64,000 bases of DNA. It comes from a virus (Duplodnaviria; Caudoviricetes). A program made the position numbers and the translations under genes. The stretch lies in IMG/VR virus record IMGVR_UViG_3300030620_000004, positions 1 to 64,000 of that record; one strand, 5' to 3'. Positions 8,431 to 17,224 of this stretch are shown here, one piece after another; position 1 is the stretch's first letter; every line of letters begins with the position of its first letter. The notes under the pieces were generated by a model. It saw only the letters and a program-made list of their open reading frames with translations, was not told the DNA's origin and made no database searches.

Positions 8431-9125
8431 GCAGCCTCGCGGAAGATCGACTGCCGAACGTACTGCATCGGGAACGCAGGCCCTGGATCGTACTTGCGCT
8501 TCGGCGCAACGTCGGAGTGTCCGACGACGTCGCGAATCAACCCGTGCTCTTTCAACAGCAACCCCACCGTCACGACGATTGCAATCTCCTCAGGACTGTA
8601 CTTCGCCCAGTGCGTCCACTGCGGGGGATAACCCGGCGCAATCGGATGCTCTTCCGCATCGTCCTCAGGCCAGACCTTACCGTACACCGTGCGCAGTTGG
8701 CCGTCGGTACCGCGTACCAACGGGCCCGGGTTCGCAATCTCTATCCCGACGCTCCACATCGACACCGACGAGCGCCCGTTCCACTTGGACTCGCCCGCAT
8801 GGGATGCGTACTCGTTGAATTGCGTCTGCTGAATGACCTTCATGCGCGAACGCAAGCCGTCGCTGTAGCCGTCGATCGACAGCGTCGCGTAGTAACCCCT
8901 CGCCACCTGCGCAGCGTAGGTCATGTCGATGTTGTGCGTGACAGCGTAGTGCACGAGCAAGAGCTCAGGCTTGATGAACGGCGGCGGGCCGAGGCCCCGA
9001 GCCTTGCGCTCTGCCGTTCGACGGGCCCGCACCTCATCGACTCTGTCGACGACCTCGAAGGGGTGACCGGGGTCCGGCACGATGCGGAACCGCTCGAGTC
9101 GTAATGCTGAAGGCAGCCCGCTCAT
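8427..9125 (-). CDS. N-acetylmuramoyl-L-alanine amidase (Amidase_2/AmpD-like), probable endolysin
   Basis: LLVHY, SVGIEIAN, VVGHSDVAPKRKYDPG zinc and catalytic motifs; ATGA-coupled start at 9125. Confidence 0.88.
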   Translation of the reverse strand: MSGLPSALRLERFRIVPDPGHPFEVVDRVDEVRARRTAERKARGLGPPPFIKPELLLVHYAVTHNIDMTYAAQVARGYYATLSIDGYSDGLRSRMKVIQQTQFNEYASHAGESKWNGRSSVSMWSVGIEIANPGPLVRGTDGQLRTVYGKVWPEDDAEEHPIAPGYPPQWTHWAKYSPEEIAIVVTVGLLLKEHGLIRDVVGHSDVAPKRKYDPGPAFPMQYVRQSIFREAA

Positions 9126-9421
9126 CGGACCCCTTCGACCGAGCTGCGCTTGCTGTTCGGTCTGACGATGCGCGGCGCTTTCGCGAAGTCCTTGTGCGCG
9201 TGCACCTTGGCGAAGTTGTTGATGTGGCCGCGCACGTTGCCCGACGCACAGACCGTTTGCCACGTCGCCCCGCACAGCTGCCCGTTCTCCCGATGCGTAC
9301 AGACCATGGTCACCCGCTGCGGTTCGCAGAACCCTTCGTCACCGCGAACCTTCGAGGTGTAGCGCCCCTTGACGTGCGGCGCCCAGGGCGGGCTCCATTC
9401 AATCCACTGCTCTTCAATCAC
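9122..9421 (-). CDS. Hypothetical zinc-binding protein
   Basis: C-x8-C...C...H...H pattern; coupled to its neighbours. Confidence 0.55.
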   Translation of the reverse strand: MIEEQWIEWSPPWAPHVKGRYTSKVRGDEGFCEPQRVTMVCTHRENGQLCGATWQTVCASGNVRGHINNFAKVHAHKDFAKAPRIVRPNSKRSSVEGVR

Positions 9422-9777
9422 GATTCAACAGTCTGCAACAGCTCGTGAATCTTGTCGAGGCTCTCGCTCAACCCAGGCGTCCTCGCATGCGAGACCCAGA
9501 TCCCGTTTTCAAGCGTGCTTCCAGCCGCTTGTAGTTCGGCTTCAACCATCACCAATGCTTCGTGAAGCTTCACCTTCTCTGTGCGAGCGGTGTTCGCTTG
9601 CTCGCGGGCGGTGTTCGCTTGCAGGCTGAGCTGACGCGCGACTGCGCCGAGCTGCACGTTCTCGTTCAGGGCGTCACCGAGGGCTTCCGAATAGAAGTCG
9701 AGCACGGCTTTAATGGCGTTGTGGGCAAGCGTCGTGCGACGCGATACTTTCGTTTCGGGGGGTGGCTGTTCACTCAT
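9418..9777 (-). CDS. Hypothetical coiled-coil protein
   Basis: Coupled ORF. Confidence 0.55.
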   Translation of the reverse strand: MSEQPPPETKVSRRTTLAHNAIKAVLDFYSEALGDALNENVQLGAVARQLSLQANTAREQANTARTEKVKLHEALVMVEAELQAAGSTLENGIWVSHARTPGLSESLDKIHELLQTVES

Positions 9778-10255
9778 CGGATTGCTCCTTGTCGTAGGGA
9801 CTCAGGTCGAGATGCACGGGGAACGGGCCCGCACCCTGCAATGTTTCCGCAATCGCAGTGCGCTGTTCAGATGAGAGATGCGCGAGCGGGCTGTTCGGGT
9901 CGTAGCCGAGCTCGAGTATCTCGCGCCATCCGCGGTGCTGCTCTGCGAGCGACCAGTCCTGCGCTTCAATCTCAGCAAGATGGTCAGGGTCGACCGCAGG
10001 CCCCGGCCACCCGCGCTCTTGCCACTCGTAGCCACGAGTGAACCCCTCGCGATAGCAGTTCTGTCCGAAGGTCAAAGCAAACTGCACCCACTGCTCGGGA
10101 CTCGCGTTCGCGTTGTACACCTGGAACAAGCGCACTCGTTCGGCCAACCTGCGAGGCGGGGCTGCGACTTCGTAGAAACTCGAAGTCACCCGCTCGAGTA
10201 GCTTCACGATGAAGCGCTTGAGCCAGGTCGACGGCTTGAACAGGTCCCAGTTCAC
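9770..10255 (-). CDS. Hypothetical protein
   Basis: Coupled ORF. Confidence 0.6.
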   Translation of the reverse strand: MNWDLFKPSTWLKRFIVKLLERVTSSFYEVAAPPRRLAERVRLFQVYNANASPEQWVQFALTFGQNCYREGFTRGYEWQERGWPGPAVDPDHLAEIEAQDWSLAEQHRGWREILELGYDPNSPLAHLSSEQRTAIAETLQGAGPFPVHLDLSPYDKEQSDE

Positions 10256-10908
10256 TTCTTCGGAAACACCTTGCAGATAGCGGTGACGGCTTCGGCCTCA
10301 CTGTCCGTGTTCAGCTTCTTCTTCGCCGACGCAATTGCAGCCGACACCACCGTGTGCTGCTGTGGAGTGAGCGAGACCTTGAGGCCGACCCACCCCGACT
10401 CGCCGTCGCCCGAGTCACCCTCCTCGCCGCCTTTGTCGCCGTCTTCACTGAGCTGCTTCCAGTCGAAGTCGGCCTGCTCCAAGATCGCTTGGAGCTCGTC
10501 GTCACCGTAGGGCAGGAGGCGTCGCAGGCTTTCGTCGTCCTCAAGAATCTGCTTGATCAAGGCACCGCGTAACGCCGGGTCCTGCTCACCCCTCAAGTTG
10601 TTCAGGATGTCCGTCAGAGCCTTGGCCTTTGCGTCGCTGAGGGTGCCCAGGCTGATGCACTCGATCTCGTCATAGCCCTCGGCGACCGCACCCTTCCAGC
10701 GGTGCTCGCCATCGATCATCTGGTACCACCCCTTTTTCTTGGGGTGCTCGCGCACAGTGCACGGGTCGATGAACCCAAACTCGCGAATCGACTCCCGCTC
10801 CTTCTCGAACATGAAGTCGCTCTGCTTGTTCGGGTTCCACGGGTTGGGTTCGATGCGGTCGACCGCAATCGTGATCGTCTTCTGGGCGCTCTTCTTCGGT
10901 GTCGTCAT
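10252..10908 (-). CDS. ParB/Srx N-terminal domain protein
   Basis: IEPNPWNPN...SIREFGFIDPCTVRE...YQMIDGEHRW; acidic linker; short C-terminal domain. Confidence 0.88.
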   Translation of the reverse strand: MTTPKKSAQKTITIAVDRIEPNPWNPNKQSDFMFEKERESIREFGFIDPCTVREHPKKKGWYQMIDGEHRWKGAVAEGYDEIECISLGTLSDAKAKALTDILNNLRGEQDPALRGALIKQILEDDESLRRLLPYGDDELQAILEQADFDWKQLSEDGDKGGEEGDSGDGESGWVGLKVSLTPQQHTVVSAAIASAKKKLNTDSEAEAVTAICKVFPKK

Positions 10909-11762
10909 GGCAACCTTGTCTGGACTGGGGTGAACCGCGTGTCGAGCCAGTTCTGGTACATCCGGAAAGAGTACGCCCCCATCATGTGGTCGATGTCGTA
11001 GTCAGCCCTCGCCGTCTGCTCGATCGCCGGAACGCGCTTCAGCACTTCCTCGCGGTAGTGCTGATAGAATGGCGAGTTGGTCGACACGGTGAACAAGCCG
11101 CGCTGCGGGTTCCAGATGAGGTTCGTGCCGAACCGCGGCCCGCTCATCCACGCTGCGGAGTCGCTGCTCACGGCTCGACTCGTCTGCAACATGCGTGGGG
11201 TCGAGCACCCGAGTAGGTGCACCTTGGGGGGTCGCTTGCGCTTCCGCTTGCAGACGTCGTGAATGCGGCGCAAGAGCTCGGAGGAAAGTGCCGCTGCTTT
11301 GCGGTTACCGACGAGCCGCCGAAGTTCTGGGAAACTGAACGAGATGTAGTCGTACTCGAGCGCCATCCGCTCGAGCCCTTCGATGCCGTCGGGTTGATGC
11401 CAGACGTACATGGTGCGGTCCTTGAACGGCTCGAACAACTTGCGAAGCTCCATGGTCTTCTCGACGCCCAGAATGCGCTGTGCGTCGGCTTCGATAATCC
11501 AGCCCTTGTAACCCCACTGCGTCAGGTCTGCGAGATACTTGCTCGTGTAGACGTGGTAAGCCTCGAGCGTCGATTCCATTTCCTTCACACCCGTCATGAA
11601 CGAGAACAAGCCCGAATCCATGATGGTCTTCGAGGGGTCGCGTAACACGAACGTCTCGGTGAGTGCCGGCGTCAGGTACTGGTACGAGTAGAGCCTGTAG
11701 GGGTACTCGACAGCGTCCAGCAGACGGTCCTGGTACAGAGCGCTCACGGCGTAGAGCTGCAT
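10905..11762 (-). CDS. tRNA-guanine transglycosylase-fold (DpdA-like) base-exchange enzyme
   Basis: IMDSGLFS (compare TGT DSGGF), VWH, KVHLLG, SSDSAAW motifs; clustered with FolE and ParB-N. Confidence 0.72.
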   Translation of the reverse strand: MQLYAVSALYQDRLLDAVEYPYRLYSYQYLTPALTETFVLRDPSKTIMDSGLFSFMTGVKEMESTLEAYHVYTSKYLADLTQWGYKGWIIEADAQRILGVEKTMELRKLFEPFKDRTMYVWHQPDGIEGLERMALEYDYISFSFPELRRLVGNRKAAALSSELLRRIHDVCKRKRKRPPKVHLLGCSTPRMLQTSRAVSSDSAAWMSGPRFGTNLIWNPQRGLFTVSTNSPFYQHYREEVLKRVPAIEQTARADYDIDHMMGAYSFRMYQNWLDTRFTPVQTRLP

Positions 11763-12806
11763 TCAGGCGCCGTCCTGAGGTGCCAAGCAGATCGCATCCC
11801 ACAGCTGCCTGCGAGCCTTGAGCATGCGGCGCGCCGCCATCGACGCCGCGTCCCACTTCGACTCGTCATCGCCGCACAGGGATTGCAGCAGCTTCAACGC
11901 AGCCGGGCCGTGTTCGTTGCCGTCCATTGCAATGTGCCGGTCGAGGTAGACCTTGAGCTTCGAGCACTCGGCGCCTTGGCGCTCGAGCGAGTCGAGCAGA
12001 CGCCTGAACATGGTCGGGATGATTTCTTCGCGGCCGATTGCAAACCCTGCCGCGATGCTCCACGCCAAGCCCGTGTTCACGATGCCCATCGTCGTCAGCA
12101 CGAAGTCCCGCGCTGCAAGCGGGGCGTCGCACTTCTCGAGCGCGACGCTCACGAGCTCGCCACTCTTCAGGGCCTCAATGAACGCCGTTACGCACTTGGT
12201 GTCCGCACCGACCTCGCGCATCGCTTCCAGGTAGAGCTCGAAGTGCGAGGCCACCTGTCCGTTCACCTCATCGCTTTCCTCATCGAGCACCACCTGATTC
12301 ACCAGGCGCCGGGTGCCTGGGTCCCCAACCGGCAGCCACACAAGATCGACGTGGGTCGTCAACCGCTGCAACGCCTTGACCAAACACATGAAGTCCCAGA
12401 CCGCGAAAACGTGGTGGCGCATGAAGCCACGGACGTCGTCGACCGTCGTCATGCGTTCGTACACCTTGCTCTGCATCACCGCATCGCGATCGATGGCAAC
12501 CGAAGCGAGGAAGGTGTCGAGATGCTGGCGACGGGGCGGCTCGCCCAAGAGTCGCTTGATGAACGCATGCGTGACCACTTCCTTGCGGTAGCGGGGGTCC
12601 TGCTCCGCGACGCCTTGCGACTTCAAGTCGAGCATCTTGCCCCGGCTCGCTTCGAGCGCGATCAAGGCCACCGCATCTCGCTCGACCGTGCCCTTGCTCA
12701 CGGCATCTTCGATGGCATTCCACGCCTGCACCGGGCCGTGCTGGTGAATGGTACACCCTTGCACAGTCTGGCGCAGGCGCTTCGCCAGAACTTCTGCTCC
12801 GCTCAT
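11763..12806 (-). CDS. DUF3050-family heme-oxygenase-like diiron enzyme with an extra N-terminal domain of about 110 aa
   Basis: FMRHHVFAVWDFMCLVKALQ, VLDEESD, SHFELYLEAMREVGAD, GREEIIPTMF, RHIAMDGNEHG. Confidence 0.85.
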   Translation of the reverse strand: MSGAEVLAKRLRQTVQGCTIHQHGPVQAWNAIEDAVSKGTVERDAVALIALEASRGKMLDLKSQGVAEQDPRYRKEVVTHAFIKRLLGEPPRRQHLDTFLASVAIDRDAVMQSKVYERMTTVDDVRGFMRHHVFAVWDFMCLVKALQRLTTHVDLVWLPVGDPGTRRLVNQVVLDEESDEVNGQVASHFELYLEAMREVGADTKCVTAFIEALKSGELVSVALEKCDAPLAARDFVLTTMGIVNTGLAWSIAAGFAIGREEIIPTMFRRLLDSLERQGAECSKLKVYLDRHIAMDGNEHGPAALKLLQSLCGDDESKWDAASMAARRMLKARRQLWDAICLAPQDGA

Positions 12807-12811
12807 CGTGG

Positions 12812-13435
12812 TTACGCTCCGAAGAGCGGTCGCTTCGCGTACGCAGCCGCCAGAAAGTCTCGACGCCACGGGTCGACCTTGAGGTCACCTCGGAACCCTT
12901 GAATCGTCACGACCTCTTGCGACGGCGCGTTGCTCTTGCAGACCAGGCACATGTGGGTCGAGTGCAGCACAAGCCCGACGCCCTTGGGTTCCAGCACCGT
13001 CTCGAGCGCATCGAGTGCATCCTTGAGCAGGCGCTCGTTCAACTGCGGCTGGCGCGATAGGTAGTTCAACGCTTTCTTGACCTTCGAGTAGCCCGTCACC
13101 CGCTTGTCGGGGATGTACGCGAAATGCGCAACGCCGAGCGCAGGCGCAAGGTGGTGCTCGCACATCGAAATGTAGTGGCAGTCCGTCACCATGATGAGGT
13201 CGTCGAGGCCTGGGTTCTCGAAACACTTCCACGGAATCTCGATGTCGCACCACGGCGCGTTGATGATGTCGGCGTACATCTCCGCAATGCGGCGCGGCGT
13301 GTCCGCCATCACCTCGGGCTTATCCTGCTGGCCGAGGCCAAGTAGAACCTTGCGCATGCCCTCCTCGATCAAGTCGAGGTCGACTGGCTTTGGCGGTAGC
13401 TGTTCACCGGGTGTCGGCGGTTTCGGTTCGTTCAT
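12812..13435 (-). CDS. folE: GTP cyclohydrolase I (FolE)-like T-fold protein, divergent
   Basis: DTPRRIAEMY, SMCEHH, AHFAYIP, GYSK, QPQLNERL, HMC. Confidence 0.88.
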   Translation of the reverse strand: MNEPKPPTPGEQLPPKPVDLDLIEEGMRKVLLGLGQQDKPEVMADTPRRIAEMYADIINAPWCDIEIPWKCFENPGLDDLIMVTDCHYISMCEHHLAPALGVAHFAYIPDKRVTGYSKVKKALNYLSRQPQLNERLLKDALDALETVLEPKGVGLVLHSTHMCLVCKSNAPSQEVVTIQGFRGDLKVDPWRRDFLAAAYAKRPLFGA

Positions 13436-13938
13436 CGTCTTCCTTTCAACCTTGCGGCTTGCTCGACCAACCAAGCGTTCACTAGATGGTTGTCGGCTCG
13501 GTTCTTGATCATCTTCACACCTTCGAGGTCCCACGAGTCCCAGCTCAACACCGGGCGTCCGTACTCGAGTGCGAAACTCATCTCTTGCAGGGTGCCATGC
13601 CCCCCCGGCACAGCAATCATGCAGTCGGCCACAAGCGCCGTCAGCACGTTGCGCGCGAGACCAATGCCCGTCGGCACGACAATCTGAATCCACTCGTTCG
13701 CGGCATCGCGGTCCGCCTCCGGCAAGATGCCGAGCGTCATCCCGTTCTCGTACCGCGCCCCCTTTGCAGCTGCCGCCATCGCCCCTGACTTACCCCCCGT
13801 CGCAACGAGAAAGCCAGCACGTGCTGCAAACACCCCAGCGTGCCAAGCCATCGACTCGACCCCTGGTGACCACTTCGATCCGGTCTCTTTCGTACCGACG
13901 ATCGTGCAGACGCACTGCCGACTTGTTTCGACGTTCAT
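13432..13938 (-). CDS. LOG/SLOG-family (TIGR00725-like) nucleotide phosphoribohydrolase
   Basis: VATGGKSGAMAAAAKGA, TLGILP, TGIGLARN, PGGHGTLQEMSFAL. Confidence 0.88.
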   Translation of the reverse strand: MNVETSRQCVCTIVGTKETGSKWSPGVESMAWHAGVFAARAGFLVATGGKSGAMAAAAKGARYENGMTLGILPEADRDAANEWIQIVVPTGIGLARNVLTALVADCMIAVPGGHGTLQEMSFALEYGRPVLSWDSWDLEGVKMIKNRADNHLVNAWLVEQAARLKGRR

Positions 13939-13964
13939 CTCCAAGCTTCCTGTCGAGAACCCTA

Positions 13965-14342
13965 TCACGACCACGCAATCTTGGAAGCCCCAAACTCGGC
14001 AACAGCCGCGAGCCAGCGCTCGAACCCCTTCAAATCCTGAGTCAAAGTCTCCTCGGTCACTTCGTACAACGGCCGAAACCGAAACCCAAACCCGTCCCGA
14101 ACGCAGTCGGAGCACCCTGGGTGGGCTCTCAAGATGTCGGGCACCCGGCGCTTCCACAACGCTACGGCGTACATTACGCACCGGCGCGCATGCCACAGCT
14201 CGGCCTCGCGCAGGGTGTTCGCCTGCGACCCCAGGCGCAACAGGGCAAGCAACGCCTTCGCTCGCCCCGTCTCCAAGACTTGGAACCGCGGTCCCGCCAC
14301 GAGCTTGGAACCCGCGCCCTTCAATGCCAGAAAGTTCACCAT
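13965..14342 (-). CDS. Hypothetical protein
   Basis: ORF filling the gap between the resolvase and LOG genes. Confidence 0.45.
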   Translation of the reverse strand: MVNFLALKGAGSKLVAGPRFQVLETGRAKALLALLRLGSQANTLREAELWHARRCVMYAVALWKRRVPDILRAHPGCSDCVRDGFGFRFRPLYEVTEETLTQDLKGFERWLAAVAEFGASKIAWS

Positions 14343-14346
14343 GCCC

Positions 14347-14862
14347 TTACCTTGCAAAAATCTCGGGCGGGTAGGCAAGTATTCTGGCACCCAAGTAGAG
14401 CACCGGCACCACGACGCAGTCGACCTGATAGAGCAAGCGGTCTGGCCAAGCGGCGTCCGGGGAACCAAGGCCTCGCACGCTCGTCGCATGACGCTTGCTC
14501 AAGAACACGAGCCACGGGCGCTTGTTCTGACGAAACCAGAGCATCGGCTCACGCGATGCTCGCTCAGCATCGCGCTGGCACTGCCTCCACCACGCCCACA
14601 CCGGCGAGGCCTTCCCGTCGAGCATCCACTGCATACTCCACGCCTGCTCTCGCTTCACCTCGACCGAGAACGGAAACCGCTTCGAATTGGTCATGATGTC
14701 GCCGCACGCATTGAAACCGTCGGCATGCAGCCACCCCCCGCTGCCCGGCGTACGAACGAACTGCACGTCCTTGTCCTCGACTACCGGCTCGAACGGGCAC
14801 CACCACCCAGCGAGCAGCTTCGCGACTTCGAGCTCGCCCCGACTGCCCTTCAGGTTACCCAC
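14347..14862 (-). CDS. Holliday junction resolvase (PD-(D/E)xK, Hjc-like)
   Basis: KGSRGELEVAK, RTPGSGG, GDI, SVEVKR. Confidence 0.8.
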   Translation of the reverse strand: MGNLKGSRGELEVAKLLAGWWCPFEPVVEDKDVQFVRTPGSGGWLHADGFNACGDIMTNSKRFPFSVEVKREQAWSMQWMLDGKASPVWAWWRQCQRDAERASREPMLWFRQNKRPWLVFLSKRHATSVRGLGSPDAAWPDRLLYQVDCVVVPVLYLGARILAYPPEIFAR

Positions 14863-17224
14863 CCAAGACCTCGATCACACTCGTGCTCTCCGAGCTCGTG
14901 ATGTGAATCCGCCCGGGCGTCGCTTCCAAAACCTCGGCATGATGCGCCACGATGAACGCCTGCACCGCCCCGAACTGCTCGCCGAGCAATCTGCCGAGAT
15001 GCGCACTCAGCCGCCGCACGTGCGCGACGTCGAGCGCCCCGAAGGGTTCGTCGACGAGAAAGATCGCCCACTCGCTCCCTTGGTAGCGACGCAACCAGTG
15101 TGCAGCCGCAAGCTGGAACATCACCCCAGCCAAGTCGTCGGCGCCTCCACTCTTGTCGCTCAACTCCACCCGCAGCTCGTTCGACAACTTGCGTCCTCGC
15201 TCAGCACTGCACCGTCCACACTGCTTGACTCGGGCCGACGCCGGGAACGGCGCCCCGCACTGGTCACAGAACTCCGCAGGCTTCTTCGTTTCCTGCGACC
15301 ACGACACGGTGAACTCCAAGGCAATGCCGGTCTCCCGCATTGCCTGGTTTCCCACCCGCTCAATCTGAGCGAGGCACCCCTCGGCCACTTGCCGTTGGGC
15401 CCCATTGCGGCCCAAAACCACCATACACTGGCGGTGTAATTCTAGGTCCGGGAGCAAGGCCTCTAGACGCCGTTCTAGGCTCGCTTTGCGGGCCATGGCC
15501 TGGGATACCTCGGCGCCCCTGGAAGTCTCGCCAGCAAGGCGCTGGGACGCCTCCCGCATGGCCTGGCGTAGCGCCCCTTCCGCCCCTTCCCCTGGCGAGC
15601 CAGGGGCCCCCCTGGCGAGCGCGGCCCGGGCCTGCTCGATTGGGATTCGAGCTTGCTCCCGCTCAATGCGCTCAATGACACCCTGGTGCCTGTCTGCCGC
15701 CCGCTCCCCTTCGAGCAACCGGTCGTGCGCGGCTTGGGTCACCGACAGCTTCTCAACGAGCACGTGCAATCGCTGGCCGACATCTCGCACCCGCTCGCGA
15801 GCAGGCTCAGTCGCTTGGTTGATCTCCCGTTTCACAGGGCATGCGATCTGAGCAACCGGGCACAACCCGTCGAACTCGCCACGCGCCACTGCTTGCGCCT
15901 GTCGATGCTCCTGCATCAGCCTCACCTTCACGTCGAGCAAGCCACGCACCTTCTCGCCCGTCTGGCGATTCGCCTCGACGTCGTACTGCACGCCGGGCCC
16001 CATCGCAGCCAACTCGAGCTCGAGTCGTTCGTAGCGAAGGACCTCGCCTTTCGCTGCTTCCCACTTCGCAAGCGCCTTGCGTTGCTGTTCTCTCTCCACG
16101 AGCTCGCGTTCGAACCCTGCAAGCTCGTCCTCGACGCTGTGGATTCGAAGCGACACGGCGTGCTGCTCTTCAGATAGCGACCCGAGCTTCGCTATCTGCT
16201 CCAACCCTACCAAGCAGTCCTGTTCTTCCTGCGACAGCCGCTCGAGTTGTCGTCGGCACTGCTCAGCGGCTTCGGCAACCCACTCGATCCCAAGCCAGCC
16301 GTTGACCGTGTTGCTGCGCTCAGTCGGCCCCATCAGCTCGATGAACTGCGCCGTACGCTTCTGCTCGAAGTAGGCGGTCTTCGACAACGTCTCCGCATCA
16401 ATGACTGATTCGTCGATGAACCGCTGGGCGGCATCCCCCGTCAACGTCTGCTCGTCGTACACCACTTCCAACCGGGTTCCCTTCCCCCGTTCCTTCCACC
16501 GCGAGACGAACAGGCCACCACTGAACTCGAGGTCGACGCCACCTTCGGCCTCGCCATGATGAATCCAGCCGTCGGCTGTCGACGTCGGGTACTTGCCCGT
16601 GAGCGCGAAAACGGGAGCCGCGAGGAAAGAACTCTTGCCGAGCCAGTTGCTCCGCTCGGCATCATCCTCATGCGAAGCCGTCACGCTGTAGACCTTGGCT
16701 TCGAGCGTCAGCTCCGAAGTCCCCTTGAACCGCATCCAGTTTTGCAAGCGCACCCCGACGAGATGGCCGACGTCGATGACGCCGTGCACTGACGCAACTG
16801 GCTTGCGGTTCTCGGCTGCTGCGAGATAGCCGTCAACAAGCTGCCTGAGCGAGCGCTTGTCGTTCGCAAAAGACTCGCCCACCATTCGGTCGATCACTTG
16901 CTGCACCGACTCGACCTCGGGGCGCGTCGAACCCTCCTGCTGGTTGACGACAGCGGGAGCCGGCGCGCGTGGCCACGTTCGGACCTTCACCACTCCCTGT
17001 TTGCGCAGGCTTTCCTTGAGCTGGCGAATGCGCTCGTCGCTCGCATCGTACGGCGGCTGCAAGCGCACGAGCGCACCCCAGTATGGCAGCGTCCTGCCGA
17101 GCGCGAGGCTGTCGCCGGGTGACGTCCACGCTGCGTCCGTCGGAGTGACGGTGAAAAGCGGGCGCGTGTCGATCACAACCTGGTCGCTCAAGATCGCGCG
17201 CTTACTCGTACGCTTCGTTCTCAT
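14855..17224 (-). CDS. SbcC/Rad50 (gp46-like) SMC ATPase with an N-terminal extension
   Basis: LQNWMRF, NWLGKSS, coiled coil with CPVAQIACP hook, KSGG signature, LVDEPFGALD, VAH. Confidence 0.88.
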   Translation of the reverse strand: MRTKRTSKRAILSDQVVIDTRPLFTVTPTDAAWTSPGDSLALGRTLPYWGALVRLQPPYDASDERIRQLKESLRKQGVVKVRTWPRAPAPAVVNQQEGSTRPEVESVQQVIDRMVGESFANDKRSLRQLVDGYLAAAENRKPVASVHGVIDVGHLVGVRLQNWMRFKGTSELTLEAKVYSVTASHEDDAERSNWLGKSSFLAAPVFALTGKYPTSTADGWIHHGEAEGGVDLEFSGGLFVSRWKERGKGTRLEVVYDEQTLTGDAAQRFIDESVIDAETLSKTAYFEQKRTAQFIELMGPTERSNTVNGWLGIEWVAEAAEQCRRQLERLSQEEQDCLVGLEQIAKLGSLSEEQHAVSLRIHSVEDELAGFERELVEREQQRKALAKWEAAKGEVLRYERLELELAAMGPGVQYDVEANRQTGEKVRGLLDVKVRLMQEHRQAQAVARGEFDGLCPVAQIACPVKREINQATEPARERVRDVGQRLHVLVEKLSVTQAAHDRLLEGERAADRHQGVIERIEREQARIPIEQARAALARGAPGSPGEGAEGALRQAMREASQRLAGETSRGAEVSQAMARKASLERRLEALLPDLELHRQCMVVLGRNGAQRQVAEGCLAQIERVGNQAMRETGIALEFTVSWSQETKKPAEFCDQCGAPFPASARVKQCGRCSAERGRKLSNELRVELSDKSGGADDLAGVMFQLAAAHWLRRYQGSEWAIFLVDEPFGALDVAHVRRLSAHLGRLLGEQFGAVQAFIVAHHAEVLEATPGRIHITSSESTSVIEVLGG

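Noticed and set aside
10252-10908. ParABS plasmid partition system
   Set aside because: No ParA, no central HTH, and the gene is coupled to the modification cluster; a link to the palindromes is unsupported.
12812-13435. QueF or QueF-like assignment for the T-fold protein
   Set aside because: It has the FolE CEHH and HxC zinc motifs, not the QueF CP.TG.PD motif.
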